Part shown: positions 31,456-41,053 of the stretch, piece by piece | Position numbering within the stretch: position 1 is the stretch's first letter | Layout: the number at the start of each line of letters is the position of its first letter | Assembly: GCA_964519725.1 (NCBI GenBank) | Contig: CAZFKS010000007.1 | Span: forward strand, 1,221-65,220 | Reading direction: 5' to 3' | Length of the DNA: 64,000 bases | Source: an uncultured Gammaproteobacteria bacterium | GTDB taxonomy: Bacteria; Patescibacteriota; Patescibacteriia; Magasanikbacterales; UBA922 | Notes under the pieces: model-generated | Told to the model about the DNA's origin: nothing | What the model saw: the letters and a program-made list of their open reading frames with translations, nothing else | The model's database searches: none | Made by a program: the position numbers and the translations under genes

Positions 31456-32388
31456 TTAGTTAGCTAAAAATTCAGTCATCAAGGCCTTAGCTTCGTCGTA
31501 AGTTTTAACCCACTTAATATTTTTGTCACGCTTAAACCAAGTCAATTGACGTTTGGCATAGTGCCAGGTATCAGTTTTTAACTGCTCAATCGCTTCTTTT
31601 AAACTAATTTTGCCCTCTAAATACGGCTTAAACTGGCGATAACCAATTCCATTCATGCTGGTTAAATTCCAGGCGTACTTTTGTTTGAGTAGACCTTCAA
31701 TTTCTTGAATCAAACCATCAGTCACCATTTTTTCTGAACGTTCATTAATTCTAGCATGTAGTAAATCACGATCAACTTCAATGCCAATTTGCAAAATGTC
31801 AAACATAGCCTCACCTTTTTTCTTTTGGGCCAAAAAACTTTCGCCGGTCATAATGCAAACCTCAAGTGCGCGAATGAGCCGACGTTTATTGTGTTTATCA
31901 ATCACCGCCGCTGTGTCTTTGTCCATCTTTTCTAGTAGTTCAAATAATTCTGCGCAAGTTTTTTCTTCTAAACTTTTGCGCAATTTTGGGTTAGCCTCAA
32001 CAGGCGGAATAATAAAATTATCCACGAGCGTAGAAATATAGAGACCGGTTCCACCCACAACCATCGGTAGACGATCATTTTTATGAGCGGTTTTGATGTG
32101 CTTAATGGCCTCATCACGAAATTCAGCGGCGGAAAAAGTTTTGCCTGGGTTCAAAAAATCCACCAAATGATGGCGGATTCCGTTGACAAAGTACGATCTT
32201 CCGAGCCCATCCCAGCGCCATTCACCCACGGCTTTGGCCGTGCCAATGGTCATTTTTTGGTAAATTTGCCGCGAGTCAGCTGAGATAATGTCAGCGTTAA
32301 AAGCCTGGGCCAGCTCTAGGCCCCAGGCAGTTTTACCACTGGCAGTTGGGCCCAATAGTACTACTAGTTTAGGTAAATTTTGAGTCAT
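31456..32388 (-). CDS. miaA: tRNA dimethylallyltransferase.
   Basis: MTQNLPKLVVLLGPTASGKTAWGLELAQAFNADIISADSRQIYQKMTIGTAK. Confidence 0.92.
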   Translation of the reverse strand: MTQNLPKLVVLLGPTASGKTAWGLELAQAFNADIISADSRQIYQKMTIGTAKAVGEWRWDGLGRSYFVNGIRHHLVDFLNPGKTFSAAEFRDEAIKHIKTAHKNDRLPMVVGGTGLYISTLVDNFIIPPVEANPKLRKSLEEKTCAELFELLEKMDKDTAAVIDKHNKRRLIRALEVCIMTGESFLAQKKKGEAMFDILQIGIEVDRDLLHARINERSEKMVTDGLIQEIEGLLKQKYAWNLTSMNGIGYRQFKPYLEGKISLKEAIEQLKTDTWHYAKRQLTWFKRDKNIKWVKTYDEAKALMTEFLAN

Positions 32389-32421
32389 GCGATTATCTAA
32401 TGTCAGTACTGTAGCCTAACA

Positions 32422-33720
32422 ATGCCTTTTAGGCAAGACGGGGGGCCATCCACCAAAGTGATTGTATTTAAAAGTATTTTTGATTATCATAAATTTATTA
32501 TGAAAGAAGATTTAAATTTCAGACCCGCCGAGGCTACCCAATTTCAGGCACCTAGTTCAGAGGAATTACATCACGAAGAAGCAAGTGAGATTGAACAACC
32601 ACGCACTAAACAACAAAGGCGGAAAAAAGATACCCCTGAATTAACTTCTACCGAACCAGTCCTTGAACCAAAGAAGACTCTAGATTCAATTGACCCCGAG
32701 ATTGTTATTGACCCAGCCATTGAAGCTGAATTCAACAGTCTTGAGTTTGTTGACCACGAATGCAGCCGTAAATTAAATTACGCCAATGAAATTTACACCA
32801 ATTTAAATCATAAAATTGCTGTATTACAATCTGACCTTACCCGCGTAGACGCGATTCAAGACCCGAGTACCCGCGATTTGCTTCACGCCCATCTTCAACA
32901 AAGAATCGCCCAAGAACAAACCCAGCTTGTTAATGCCCATGAAATCATCCAGTTACTCAACCTCGGCGATGCACTAGCTCAAGAAAAGGACTCTAAAAAA
33001 ATAGTAGAAATTAAGAAGACAATTTCCAATAAACCTTTACCACTTAACCTACGGGATATAACTGCTTCTTCTCAAGAATATAGTCCTCCCTACACACGGG
33101 CCGACCTAGCCCACAATCCTGACCAAGTGACTGAGATTGTCTCTCGATTACCTAAAAAACTATCCGAAGAGGAAAAAGAGCAGAAAAAAACTGACCTCAA
33201 AGCCGAAAAATCCTACAAACTTGAAACTAAACGTTATATTGTCAAACAAGATTTAGAACGCAATAAGAAAACACTCAACGAGTGGTATAAATCACGAGTT
33301 TCATCACCTCTAGAGAATATTGCAGATTGGACTGAAAAAAAATTGCAACTAATGTCTCTTATTCATGACCAAATTGATGACTTAAAGAGAATCGACGCTG
33401 AACTGACGGCGATTAGTCAGGGTAAAACCACACTTGCACCACTAAAAGAAATATTTCCTCCTTTGGACAGTGAGGCAAATTCTGACAACGGAGGCAGTAA
33501 AGCTATCCCTAAGACTCCGGAAACCCAAGTTGCCCCTTCTGAACCACAGAGTAACATTCAAATTAATCAGCCACGTCTTCAGTTTGACATTGCCCAGCTT
33601 CCAACCATGGGGTATGAGTCTAATGAGTCCCCCGTCCCTCAAATAACAGCCTCAGCCTCTGGGCCCAATCTTGCCCCAAAATCTCGGTGGAAAAAAATTT
33701 TAGAAGTTTTTCACTTTTAA
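32422..33720 (+). CDS. Hypothetical coiled-coil, low-complexity protein.
   Basis: 432 aa, acidic and heptad-like. The true start may be the internal ATG at about 32500 (MKEDLNF…). Confidence 0.4.
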   Translation: MPFRQDGGPSTKVIVFKSIFDYHKFIMKEDLNFRPAEATQFQAPSSEELHHEEASEIEQPRTKQQRRKKDTPELTSTEPVLEPKKTLDSIDPEIVIDPAIEAEFNSLEFVDHECSRKLNYANEIYTNLNHKIAVLQSDLTRVDAIQDPSTRDLLHAHLQQRIAQEQTQLVNAHEIIQLLNLGDALAQEKDSKKIVEIKKTISNKPLPLNLRDITASSQEYSPPYTRADLAHNPDQVTEIVSRLPKKLSEEEKEQKKTDLKAEKSYKLETKRYIVKQDLERNKKTLNEWYKSRVSSPLENIADWTEKKLQLMSLIHDQIDDLKRIDAELTAISQGKTTLAPLKEIFPPLDSEANSDNGGSKAIPKTPETQVAPSEPQSNIQINQPRLQFDIAQLPTMGYESNESPVPQITASASGPNLAPKSRWKKILEVFHF

Positions 33721-33728
33721 TTTACATT

Positions 33729-35474
33729 TTAAAGCTCGATCTGATTTGAGCGAGTTTTAATTTTTTGAATTAGTTTTTCCACAAACTCAATTTGTTCTAC
33801 AGTTATCGGATCTTCATTACCACGCACGCGCACACTAAGAGGTTCGCCAGCAATTTCACGGTCACCAACTACTACAATGTACGGCACTTTTTGCGCCGCG
33901 GCGTTGCGAACTTTTTTACCTACGGTTTCATTTGCCCCGTCTACTTCCACTCGAATCCCAGCCTCTTGCCACTTGGCCGCCATAGCCTCGGCTCCCGCCC
34001 CATGTTTTTCCCCAGACACTGGGGCGAGTACGACTTGCACTGGGGCGAGCCAAGTTGGAAACGCCCCCGCCGTGTGTTCAATGTACACACTCATAAACCG
34101 TTCCAAAGAACCAAGCAAAGCTTTATGAATCATGACTGGACGTTGTTTGGTACCATCCTCAGCCGTGTATTCCAGTTCAAACCGTTCTGGTTGCACAAAA
34201 TCGAGCTGTTCAGTGGCCAATTGCCACTCGCGCCCAATCGCATCAGTCGCCATAATATCAATTTTCGGACCGTAAAAAGCTGCCTCACCCAAGCCAATGA
34301 AATAATCTAGACCAAGTTCTTTGGCCACATTTTCAATCGTTGTTTGGGCTTTTTCCCAGAGCGCTGGATCACCTAAATATTTATCTGATTCATCACGGAA
34401 ACTTAACCGGGCGCGCCACTTGAGACCAAATACATCGTACATGGTTTTGATCATGGTCATGATCGCCTTGAATTCACTTTCAATTTGATCAATGCGACAA
34501 AAAACATGCGCGTCGTCCTGGGTCGCGGCGCGTACGCGTGACAAACCATGCAGTTCACCAGCCTTTTCATCACGGTATACCACAGTGTTTTCCATATACC
34601 GAATTGGTAGGTCACGGTAAGACCGACCGCGGCTGGCAAAAATTTGGGTGTGGTGCGGACAGTTCATTGGTTTCATCATGAACTCACTATCACTTTCCAC
34701 ACTACTAACATTAAACCGTTCTGGGTATTTATCATAGTGTCCAGAGCGCTTGTACAAATCCACTTTGGTAATGTGCGGAATCGCTACGCGCTGATAACCA
34801 GCCGCTTTTTGCAGTTCCTGACTAAATGCACCCAGTTCATCGCGCATAATGGTGCCACGCGGTGTAAACAGTGGCAGTCCAGGTCCAACTAAATCAGAAA
34901 AAACAAACAAATCTAGTTCTTGACCGAGTTTGCGGTGATCGCGTTTTTTCGCTTCTTCAATTTGAGTTAAATACGCCTCCAATTCTTCTTTGGTCGCAAA
35001 AGCTGTACCGTAAATACGAACCAACATTTTATTTTTAATGTCCCCGCGCCAATACGCACCAGCGACTGACAAAAGTTTAAAATTTTTCAATTCTTTACTT
35101 GGATTTTCCGCGTGTCCACCGCGGCACAGGTCAGTAAATCCACCACAAGTATAAAAAGTCAATTGTGCACCTTCACCAGCAAATTCATTAATTAATTCCT
35201 GCTTATATTCGTTATTTTTAAAATATTCCAGCGCTTCAACCTTAGAAACTTCTTTGCGTTCAAAACTAGTCCAATTTTTCACTAGTTCGCGCATTTTGTT
35301 TTCAATGGCAGTGAGTTCATGATCAGTGATTTTGAGCTCATCAAAATCATAGTAAAAACCAGTCTCAATTGAGGGGCCAATAGTCCGCTTAGCCTCTGGG
35401 TATAGTTGTTCCACGGCTGCGGCCAATAAATGTGCGGCTGAGTGCCGCAATGCGGCTAGTTGTTCTTTTTCCAT
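33729..35474 (-). CDS. thrS: Threonyl-tRNA synthetase lacking the N-terminal TGS (N1) domain.
   Basis: …HRKLGQELDLFVFSDLVGPGLPLFTPRG… (class II motifs) and editing-domain residues (HSAAHLL…DLCRGGH) are present. The protein begins at MEKEQLAALRHSAAHLL, which aligns with the N2 domain of canonical ThrRS. The ORF-track start at 35549 would run through the leader hairpins. Confidence 0.93.
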   Translation of the reverse strand: MEKEQLAALRHSAAHLLAAAVEQLYPEAKRTIGPSIETGFYYDFDELKITDHELTAIENKMRELVKNWTSFERKEVSKVEALEYFKNNEYKQELINEFAGEGAQLTFYTCGGFTDLCRGGHAENPSKELKNFKLLSVAGAYWRGDIKNKMLVRIYGTAFATKEELEAYLTQIEEAKKRDHRKLGQELDLFVFSDLVGPGLPLFTPRGTIMRDELGAFSQELQKAAGYQRVAIPHITKVDLYKRSGHYDKYPERFNVSSVESDSEFMMKPMNCPHHTQIFASRGRSYRDLPIRYMENTVVYRDEKAGELHGLSRVRAATQDDAHVFCRIDQIESEFKAIMTMIKTMYDVFGLKWRARLSFRDESDKYLGDPALWEKAQTTIENVAKELGLDYFIGLGEAAFYGPKIDIMATDAIGREWQLATEQLDFVQPERFELEYTAEDGTKQRPVMIHKALLGSLERFMSVYIEHTAGAFPTWLAPVQVVLAPVSGEKHGAGAEAMAAKWQEAGIRVEVDGANETVGKKVRNAAAQKVPYIVVVGDREIAGEPLSVRVRGNEDPITVEQIEFVEKLIQKIKTRSNQIEL

Positions 35475-35610
35475 ATATAAATAAAAAGCCCCCGACGCCA
35501 TTTTCCCTAAGGATTTGGCGCCGGGGTCATGAGTACATGACGGTTCCACCCGTGCTTTTGCTTAAATAAATTTGTATGCACTCCAGGGTTGGTAGGCCTG
35601 TCAAACGTGC
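35475..35610 (-). promoter_or_regulatory. Candidate T-box leader (Thr specifier) controlling thrS, with mutually exclusive antiterminator and terminator.
   Basis: Read on the minus strand: a specifier hairpin CAGG-CCUACCAAC-CCUGG presents ACC followed by A. The T-box core GGGUGGAACCG is an 11/11 match to GGGUGGNACCG. There is a 7-nt bulge UGGAACC with the A2 hairpin GUCAUG-uacu-CAUGAC. Terminator GACCCCGGCGCC…GGCGUCGGGGGC is followed by UUUUUAUUU and then the thrS AUG. Confidence 0.6.
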
Positions 35611-35615
35611 AGTAA

Positions 35616-35644
35616 CACTTTAACGTACCCGAAACTTTCTGTCA
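35616..35644 (-). promoter_or_regulatory. Sigma70-like promoter for the thrS leader.
   Basis: Minus-strand TTGACA (35644-35639), a 17-nt spacer, then TAAAGT (35621-35616). Confidence 0.45.
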
Positions 35645-35646
35645 AA

Positions 35647-37104
35647 TTAGAGCCCAAAATTCATTGGGTACCCAGTCACTGGATAGGTATTTGACTGATT
35701 GTAGGCGCTGGTATTTTCACTCTTACCAGTTGGGGTGTAGTGGTAAAAAACCCCACCACCGCTCCAGAACATCACTTTTGGATCACTTGAGGCCAGTGGG
35801 CCTTTGTTCCCGGCAATTTGGGCGATCAAACTAACTTGACCAGAACTTTTACCAGCTAAAGCATGGGTAGTATCAGCTACGAGCATGAAATACTTAGTTT
35901 GGCCAGCTGGAATAACTAAATTATCCATGGCTCCAGCCACATCATTTTTTTGGTCAAAAGTTAAGTATACAGTTTCAATTCCACAAGTCCCGACCCCTGG
36001 AATGTTAACTGTCCCAGCAGCTGGCGCACCAGGCATTGGTGAAACTAAACAACTAGTTGTTGTGGCAATTGGACTAGCCCCAACCGGAATATTATTTTGG
36101 CTATCAGCTGGATACAATTTAAAGCCAGAAACATATCCTGTACTGCTAGTACCAGTACTTACCATTCCGTTAGCTTTAACATTTAAGAGTAATTTTGAAA
36201 TGCGTAAATCTTTTTCACCAACCGCGCTAATCGCGATTGGGAAAATTTTGCTCTCAGTATTAACTGGTTTTGGATACACTGACCAACTACTCCAACTGGA
36301 ATAAATCATTGGTACACTGTTGTGGTAAAGATTTGGGGCTGTGAGAGCACCAATGGCATAGGCTGGCGCCCGGAAACTAAAGTCTGTAAATTTAAGCTGA
36401 TTACCAGTAATTCCACTGACCGCTTGCCAAGTATTTGCAACTTGCAAATTTACCCCAAAGCGAATAATTGAATTTTCTTTCATTACACCTGATCCAGTTA
36501 CTACCCCACGAAGCACCAGGGTTTGCATTTGATTTAGAGGAACGGTGAAGTTATTGAGATTAAAATCCACATAACCATTGGTCATTTCAGCCGTCCCAAG
36601 CTGGATACCATTTCCGGTTGAGAGCCGAAGTTTAGTAAATTCAGCGGCGGTGGTCCGCACTGTGTAATCTGGATTAATTGCGGAAAAACGCACTTTTGTA
36701 AGTTTGATAGGTTCGTTTTGTGCGACTATATCCCACTTTCCAAGCACTTCTGACATAGTTGAACTAGCTTCAGTACTTGGAGTTGGTACAATAATTCTCG
36801 AAACCGTTTCACTGTCAGTTTTAGCTTGCACCAAGAGGCGGGCAGTTGAGGATGCAACACTTGGTGTGCTGGTGGTGGCGGCTAAATTATAATTTCCAGC
36901 CGCAAATGTATTCATGACCAGACTAGCAATCCCGATTACGGTCAAAGCGGCCACCATTTTGAGATCAAAAATAGTGTGCTTATGCACGATTTGTTCAGCT
37001 TTAGCTTCCACCAAATCTTCTAACGCGGCAGAGCTGAGCTCAATTTTTCTGGCGCGCGGTTTGCGCACGGCTTTGGACTTAGGCTTGCTAGAGCGGACAG
37101 GCAT
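35647..37104 (-). CDS. Hypothetical membrane-anchored extracellular protein (pilus or surface associated by context).
   Basis: Basic cytoplasmic N-terminus, one TM (MVAALTVIGIASLVMNTFAAG), then a roughly 410-aa Ser/Thr/Gly/Asn-rich ectodomain. Immediately downstream of the PilB block. Confidence 0.5.
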   Translation of the reverse strand: MPVRSSKPKSKAVRKPRARKIELSSAALEDLVEAKAEQIVHKHTIFDLKMVAALTVIGIASLVMNTFAAGNYNLAATTSTPSVASSTARLLVQAKTDSETVSRIIVPTPSTEASSTMSEVLGKWDIVAQNEPIKLTKVRFSAINPDYTVRTTAAEFTKLRLSTGNGIQLGTAEMTNGYVDFNLNNFTVPLNQMQTLVLRGVVTGSGVMKENSIIRFGVNLQVANTWQAVSGITGNQLKFTDFSFRAPAYAIGALTAPNLYHNSVPMIYSSWSSWSVYPKPVNTESKIFPIAISAVGEKDLRISKLLLNVKANGMVSTGTSSTGYVSGFKLYPADSQNNIPVGASPIATTTSCLVSPMPGAPAAGTVNIPGVGTCGIETVYLTFDQKNDVAGAMDNLVIPAGQTKYFMLVADTTHALAGKSSGQVSLIAQIAGNKGPLASSDPKVMFWSGGGVFYHYTPTGKSENTSAYNQSNTYPVTGYPMNFGL

Positions 37105-37113
37105 ATATAAAAA

Positions 37114-38274
37114 TTATTCTGATTGCTTAATGGTAATATCAACGCGATCAGCCACTTGCGGCACAGTTTTATTCCAGAGTGGTTTAAATTTCATTTCCAC
37201 ACTTTCTACATGGTCGAGCGACATGACGTATTTTCTTACATCCTCCTCTGATTTACCAAAAAATACCTGTTCATTTAGCTTAGGACTGTTCGGATCGAGA
37301 TTTACAGTCCCAGTTTGAGTGACGCGTAAAGTTAAAATATTTTTTGCCCCATCAAAACTGTCAAAAGTAACGCTTGGTTCTGACGCGGCTGATTGGAGAA
37401 CATCATTATTATCAACAATTTTTCGGTTTAACATGGCGGTGGCTGAGCGGCTCAAATCTTCTGGTTTATAGGCGGCCAAAACCACCGTCGCCTTGCCTGA
37501 AATTGAAAAGGTACTCGCCAAATCCCCTGCTTTAGCTGAAGCCGTTGGTGTGGATTGGACCACAAAACCATTAGCAGCCTGACCTGGGAATTTTGCTTGG
37601 GCTAATTGTTTGGCTTTTTCTTTGAGCGCTTCATTAAAGGCTGTGGTCGCACTCGATAAATCATCAACCGTTACAATTCCAACCTGGCGCTCGCCAACGG
37701 CTGAGAGCGCAGTTGAACTTTTAGCATATACTTCTTTTTGACGATCAGCTGGTAAGCCTGGAATAGTGAACTGAGTTGGACTACTAATGTTGTTGGCGGC
37801 TTCTTTTTTATCAGCGTACACTTCTACACTAATTGAACCTTTGGCTGGAACAGTGACACCTTTGGCCAGGCGGTACAGCACTCCGTTTGGAGCGAGCAAA
37901 CGCGTGGTTGCAACGAGTGGTTGTTCACTGACAGAGTCATTAATGAGCATAACACTACCTCCGTTACCGGCGCCACTAGCAGTGGTTGTAGTTGTACGTG
38001 GTGTAAATGATTGTTCAAACGTAATGACTGTACTACTCACTGACCCAGGAATCGCGCCATCAGCGGCTGTGCCAACTTCCACTGGAAATGATACGTCCAC
38101 TGGTTCAGATTTTGTTAAAATCGTAATACTAGCGCGTTTAGCTGACATGAACGCAATTAGAGCCAATAAACCCAAGGTCAAAACCAAAAAAGTAATGGCC
38201 ACAGCTTTATAAAAACGAACTGGTTGTCCGTAATTGCCTCCCATTGGTCCAGTTGTACGCGTTGTATGTACCAT
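37114..38274 (-). CDS. Hypothetical bitopic protein (possibly pilus-assembly associated).
   Basis: N-terminal TM (AVAITFLVLTLGLLALIAFMSA), then a roughly 340-aa periplasmic or extracellular domain. 10 nt separate it from pilB. Confidence 0.45.
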   Translation of the reverse strand: MVHTTRTTGPMGGNYGQPVRFYKAVAITFLVLTLGLLALIAFMSAKRASITILTKSEPVDVSFPVEVGTAADGAIPGSVSSTVITFEQSFTPRTTTTTASGAGNGGSVMLINDSVSEQPLVATTRLLAPNGVLYRLAKGVTVPAKGSISVEVYADKKEAANNISSPTQFTIPGLPADRQKEVYAKSSTALSAVGERQVGIVTVDDLSSATTAFNEALKEKAKQLAQAKFPGQAANGFVVQSTPTASAKAGDLASTFSISGKATVVLAAYKPEDLSRSATAMLNRKIVDNNDVLQSAASEPSVTFDSFDGAKNILTLRVTQTGTVNLDPNSPKLNEQVFFGKSEEDVRKYVMSLDHVESVEMKFKPLWNKTVPQVADRVDITIKQSE

Positions 38275-38280
38275 AAAAAA

Positions 38281-40014
38281 TTATTCGGTTACCCGGAAAA
38301 CTTCTTCCGGTGTGGTAATTCCATCTAAGGCCTTTAGTATACCATCTTCAGCCATAGAAATCATCCCATCAGCGCGGATAACTTCGGCCACTTCCACTTC
38401 TGAGGCAATTCCCGCACTAAGAAGCTTCTCAACTTGTGGCGTGACCGTGAAAATTTCAAAAATAGAAATGCGGCCTTTATAACCCAGTTTATTACAAGCA
38501 TCACAACCAACCGCTTTGTAAAATTCTGGCTGCGGATATTTAGCCCGGTCAGTTTCTGGTAAATGCGCAATAATCTCAGTAATTTTTTTCTGCTCTACTT
38601 CTGGAAATTCAGCTAGAGTAATTTTAGTGCGGCACGCAGTACATACTTTACGCACCAAGCGCTGACCAATTACGCAGTTCAAGGCTGGAGCGAGCAAAAA
38701 AGGCTTCACACCCATGGCCAAAAACCGTGGAATCGCGCCCGCCGCACTGTTGGTATGGATCGTTGAAAGTAGTAAGTGCCCAGTCAGCGCCGCTTGCACC
38801 GCTGTATCAGCGGTTTCTAAGTCGCGGATTTCACCGACCATCACCACATCAGGGTCCTGACGCAAAATTGACCGTAAACCTTTGGCAAAAGTGTAGTCTT
38901 TGGTGTGATCAATCTGACTTTGGTTTACACCTGGAATGCGGTATTCGACTGGATCTTCCAGGGTAATAATTTTCACCCCTGGTTTATTAAGCATGGTTAA
39001 AATCGCGTACAAAGTGGTGGACTTACCAGACCCGGTCGGACCAGTAATCATGATCATGCCATTTGGCCGGGTAATTTCATTTTTCAAAATTTCTAAGCCA
39101 CGACCCCGCACACCCAAATCATCGAGCGTAATATGTTGACCCGTTTGGCGCAAAAGACGCATTACCACACTTTCGCCATAAAGCGTTGGAATGGTGGAAA
39201 CACGCACATCAACATCGTAGGCTTTTAATTTAATGGTAAAACGGCCGTCTTGTGGCGACTCAGTGATGTTAATTTTCAAAGATGATGTTAATTTAACCCG
39301 AGAAAGTAATTGTTTAGCAGCTTCTTTTGGCAAAACTGCGGCATCATGCAAAACACCATCCAGCCGAAAGCGCACTACTAACCGCGCCGCTTCATTTTCA
39401 ATGTGTACATCTGATGCATCCAATTTCAAAGCCGCCCCCAAAATTGCAACCACCGTGTCACTGGTTGATTGTTTATCAAGTAAAGCTTGGAATGAAGAAA
39501 AATCAGTCACGTCACCCTGAATTGCCCCTAAGGCAGTCTCGGTAATTTCCACATCTTTGCTGACTGGTTTTACATTTGGCAGCCGTGCATACATTTCCAA
39601 AACCTGATTAAAACTAGCTTCAGAAATAACATATATTTTACCCTCAGCGTGATTGCGCTCTTCAATAGCGGTCAAAAGTTCAGCCACCGCCGGATTGGTT
39701 GGATCAACTGCACCTAAGCGCACCTCATCTGGAGTAGCAAAAAAACAAACGGCTTTGAGTCCCTCAGCAATATCACGTGGCACCTGACGCAAGGCTTCCT
39801 GACTGACAGGGAAATGTTCCAACGCCAGATATGGATAACCTAGCTCACCAGCTAACCGTTGCGCTTCGGTTTCAAAACCCTGCTGTTTGATTTGCGCCAT
39901 TTTGTGCGAAAATTTCACTTGTGGATCATCAAGCTCTGGGGGTTTTGTCCCAGCTACAGGTTCTTTTTTTAATAAATCATTAATACTACCAAAACCCATA
40001 CTAATCGCGCCCAA
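38281..40014 (-). CDS. pilB: Type IV pilus assembly / type II secretion ATPase (PilB/GspE family).
   Basis: Walker A GPTGSGKSTTLYAIL, an Asp box, His box, and Walker B …VMVGEIRD…. C-terminal tetracysteine CTAC…CDAC. N-terminal GSPII_E_N-like domain. Confidence 0.92.
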   Translation of the reverse strand: MGAISMGFGSINDLLKKEPVAGTKPPELDDPQVKFSHKMAQIKQQGFETEAQRLAGELGYPYLALEHFPVSQEALRQVPRDIAEGLKAVCFFATPDEVRLGAVDPTNPAVAELLTAIEERNHAEGKIYVISEASFNQVLEMYARLPNVKPVSKDVEITETALGAIQGDVTDFSSFQALLDKQSTSDTVVAILGAALKLDASDVHIENEAARLVVRFRLDGVLHDAAVLPKEAAKQLLSRVKLTSSLKINITESPQDGRFTIKLKAYDVDVRVSTIPTLYGESVVMRLLRQTGQHITLDDLGVRGRGLEILKNEITRPNGMIMITGPTGSGKSTTLYAILTMLNKPGVKIITLEDPVEYRIPGVNQSQIDHTKDYTFAKGLRSILRQDPDVVMVGEIRDLETADTAVQAALTGHLLLSTIHTNSAAGAIPRFLAMGVKPFLLAPALNCVIGQRLVRKVCTACRTKITLAEFPEVEQKKITEIIAHLPETDRAKYPQPEFYKAVGCDACNKLGYKGRISIFEIFTVTPQVEKLLSAGIASEVEVAEVIRADGMISMAEDGILKALDGITTPEEVFRVTE

Positions 40015-41008
40015 ACATTCGCAAAATACTGCTGGTCATGCGGCCGTGGTGCATTTTACTAAATAAATAAGCCCAAACTGAAGTGGAAAACACCGCAAAA
40101 ATTGCACCGGCGGCCAAGCTAACCGCTAAAAATAAGGCATAACTCAGCGCGCCCACGGCCTGACCCAATTGACTTACTGGTAGCCACATGGCCAGGTATT
40201 TAATAATAATATTTGGCAAAAAGAAAACATAAAGCAAGGCAAATAGGCCAAAGAACATTAAAACAATATTAATGAGGAGGGTGATCACGCCAGTCTCAAG
40301 TGAAACCAATGGGTGCCGAAGGAAAAGACGCAAACCCTGATTAAAACTCATGGCAAATGAATATTCTTCCACCACCACATAACCAATGGCGTACATGGTA
40401 ATAATGGAAAAAATAATTCCCAAAATTAAAGCACCAGCAAAACTAAGCCAGAGCCAAACACTTTGGCCAGCGGCTAAAAATAAGGCTAATTCAGCCAAAG
40501 CAAAGGCTGACACCCAAACAAATAATTTCCGGAGGGCATTTAAACCTAAAACGCGCCAAAAATGGCGCACCCCTGCGTGCCAAGCCGCGCTTTCACTAGG
40601 AAAACGCACTGTATGTTTGGCATATTTAGCTCCTACGTAGACTAGCGCGCCCTGACTTACTGTTGCCACTACAAGTAGCGCAATTCCCAGGCCAAGTAAA
40701 ATAATTAATAACCACACTGCCCACACCCAACGCGCACTACTATCAGCAAAAAGCTGTTGTAACTGGAACCAAGTGTTGCTACTAAACACACCTTGACTAG
40801 CCCTGACCACGTCTGAAGTCGTGTTTGAACGCACCGCCCAGATCTTGGTTAGGATTTCCAAAAAACCAAATTGTCCAAGCATGAGGGCAAATAAACCAAA
40901 TGGCCACAAGTTTTTGTGGTGCCACGCTAATTTCCAGCTTGTGCGTAGTGCACTACCGTACGTTGGTTCAGACATAGAAGAAAAGATTATGCTAAGAGTA
41001 TAGCACAA
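40001..41008 (-). CDS. Hypothetical polytopic membrane protein upstream of pilB.
   Basis: About 8 TM, with no PilC motifs recognised. It overlaps the pilB start by 14 nt. The likely start is the internal MSEPTYG (about 40975). Confidence 0.45.
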   Translation of the reverse strand: MCYTLSIIFSSMSEPTYGSALRTSWKLAWHHKNLWPFGLFALMLGQFGFLEILTKIWAVRSNTTSDVVRASQGVFSSNTWFQLQQLFADSSARWVWAVWLLIILLGLGIALLVVATVSQGALVYVGAKYAKHTVRFPSESAAWHAGVRHFWRVLGLNALRKLFVWVSAFALAELALFLAAGQSVWLWLSFAGALILGIIFSIITMYAIGYVVVEEYSFAMSFNQGLRLFLRHPLVSLETGVITLLINIVLMFFGLFALLYVFFLPNIIIKYLAMWLPVSQLGQAVGALSYALFLAVSLAAGAIFAVFSTSVWAYLFSKMHHGRMTSSILRMFGRD

Positions 41009-41009
41009 C

Positions 41010-41040
41010 TTTTTACAATTAAAAAACCATCCTAATTAGG
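41010..41040 (-). terminator. Intrinsic terminator after ftsH.
   Basis: AAAAAACCATCCTAATTAGGATGGTTTTTTAA. A perfect palindromic hairpin. Confidence 0.65.
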
Positions 41041-41053
41041 ATGGTTTTTTAAT

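Noticed and set aside
35475-35549. Upstream extension of thrS (MEPSCTHDPGAKSLGKMASGAFYLY…).
   Set aside because: It would translate through the T-box terminator hairpin and U-run. ThrRS homology begins at MEKEQ.
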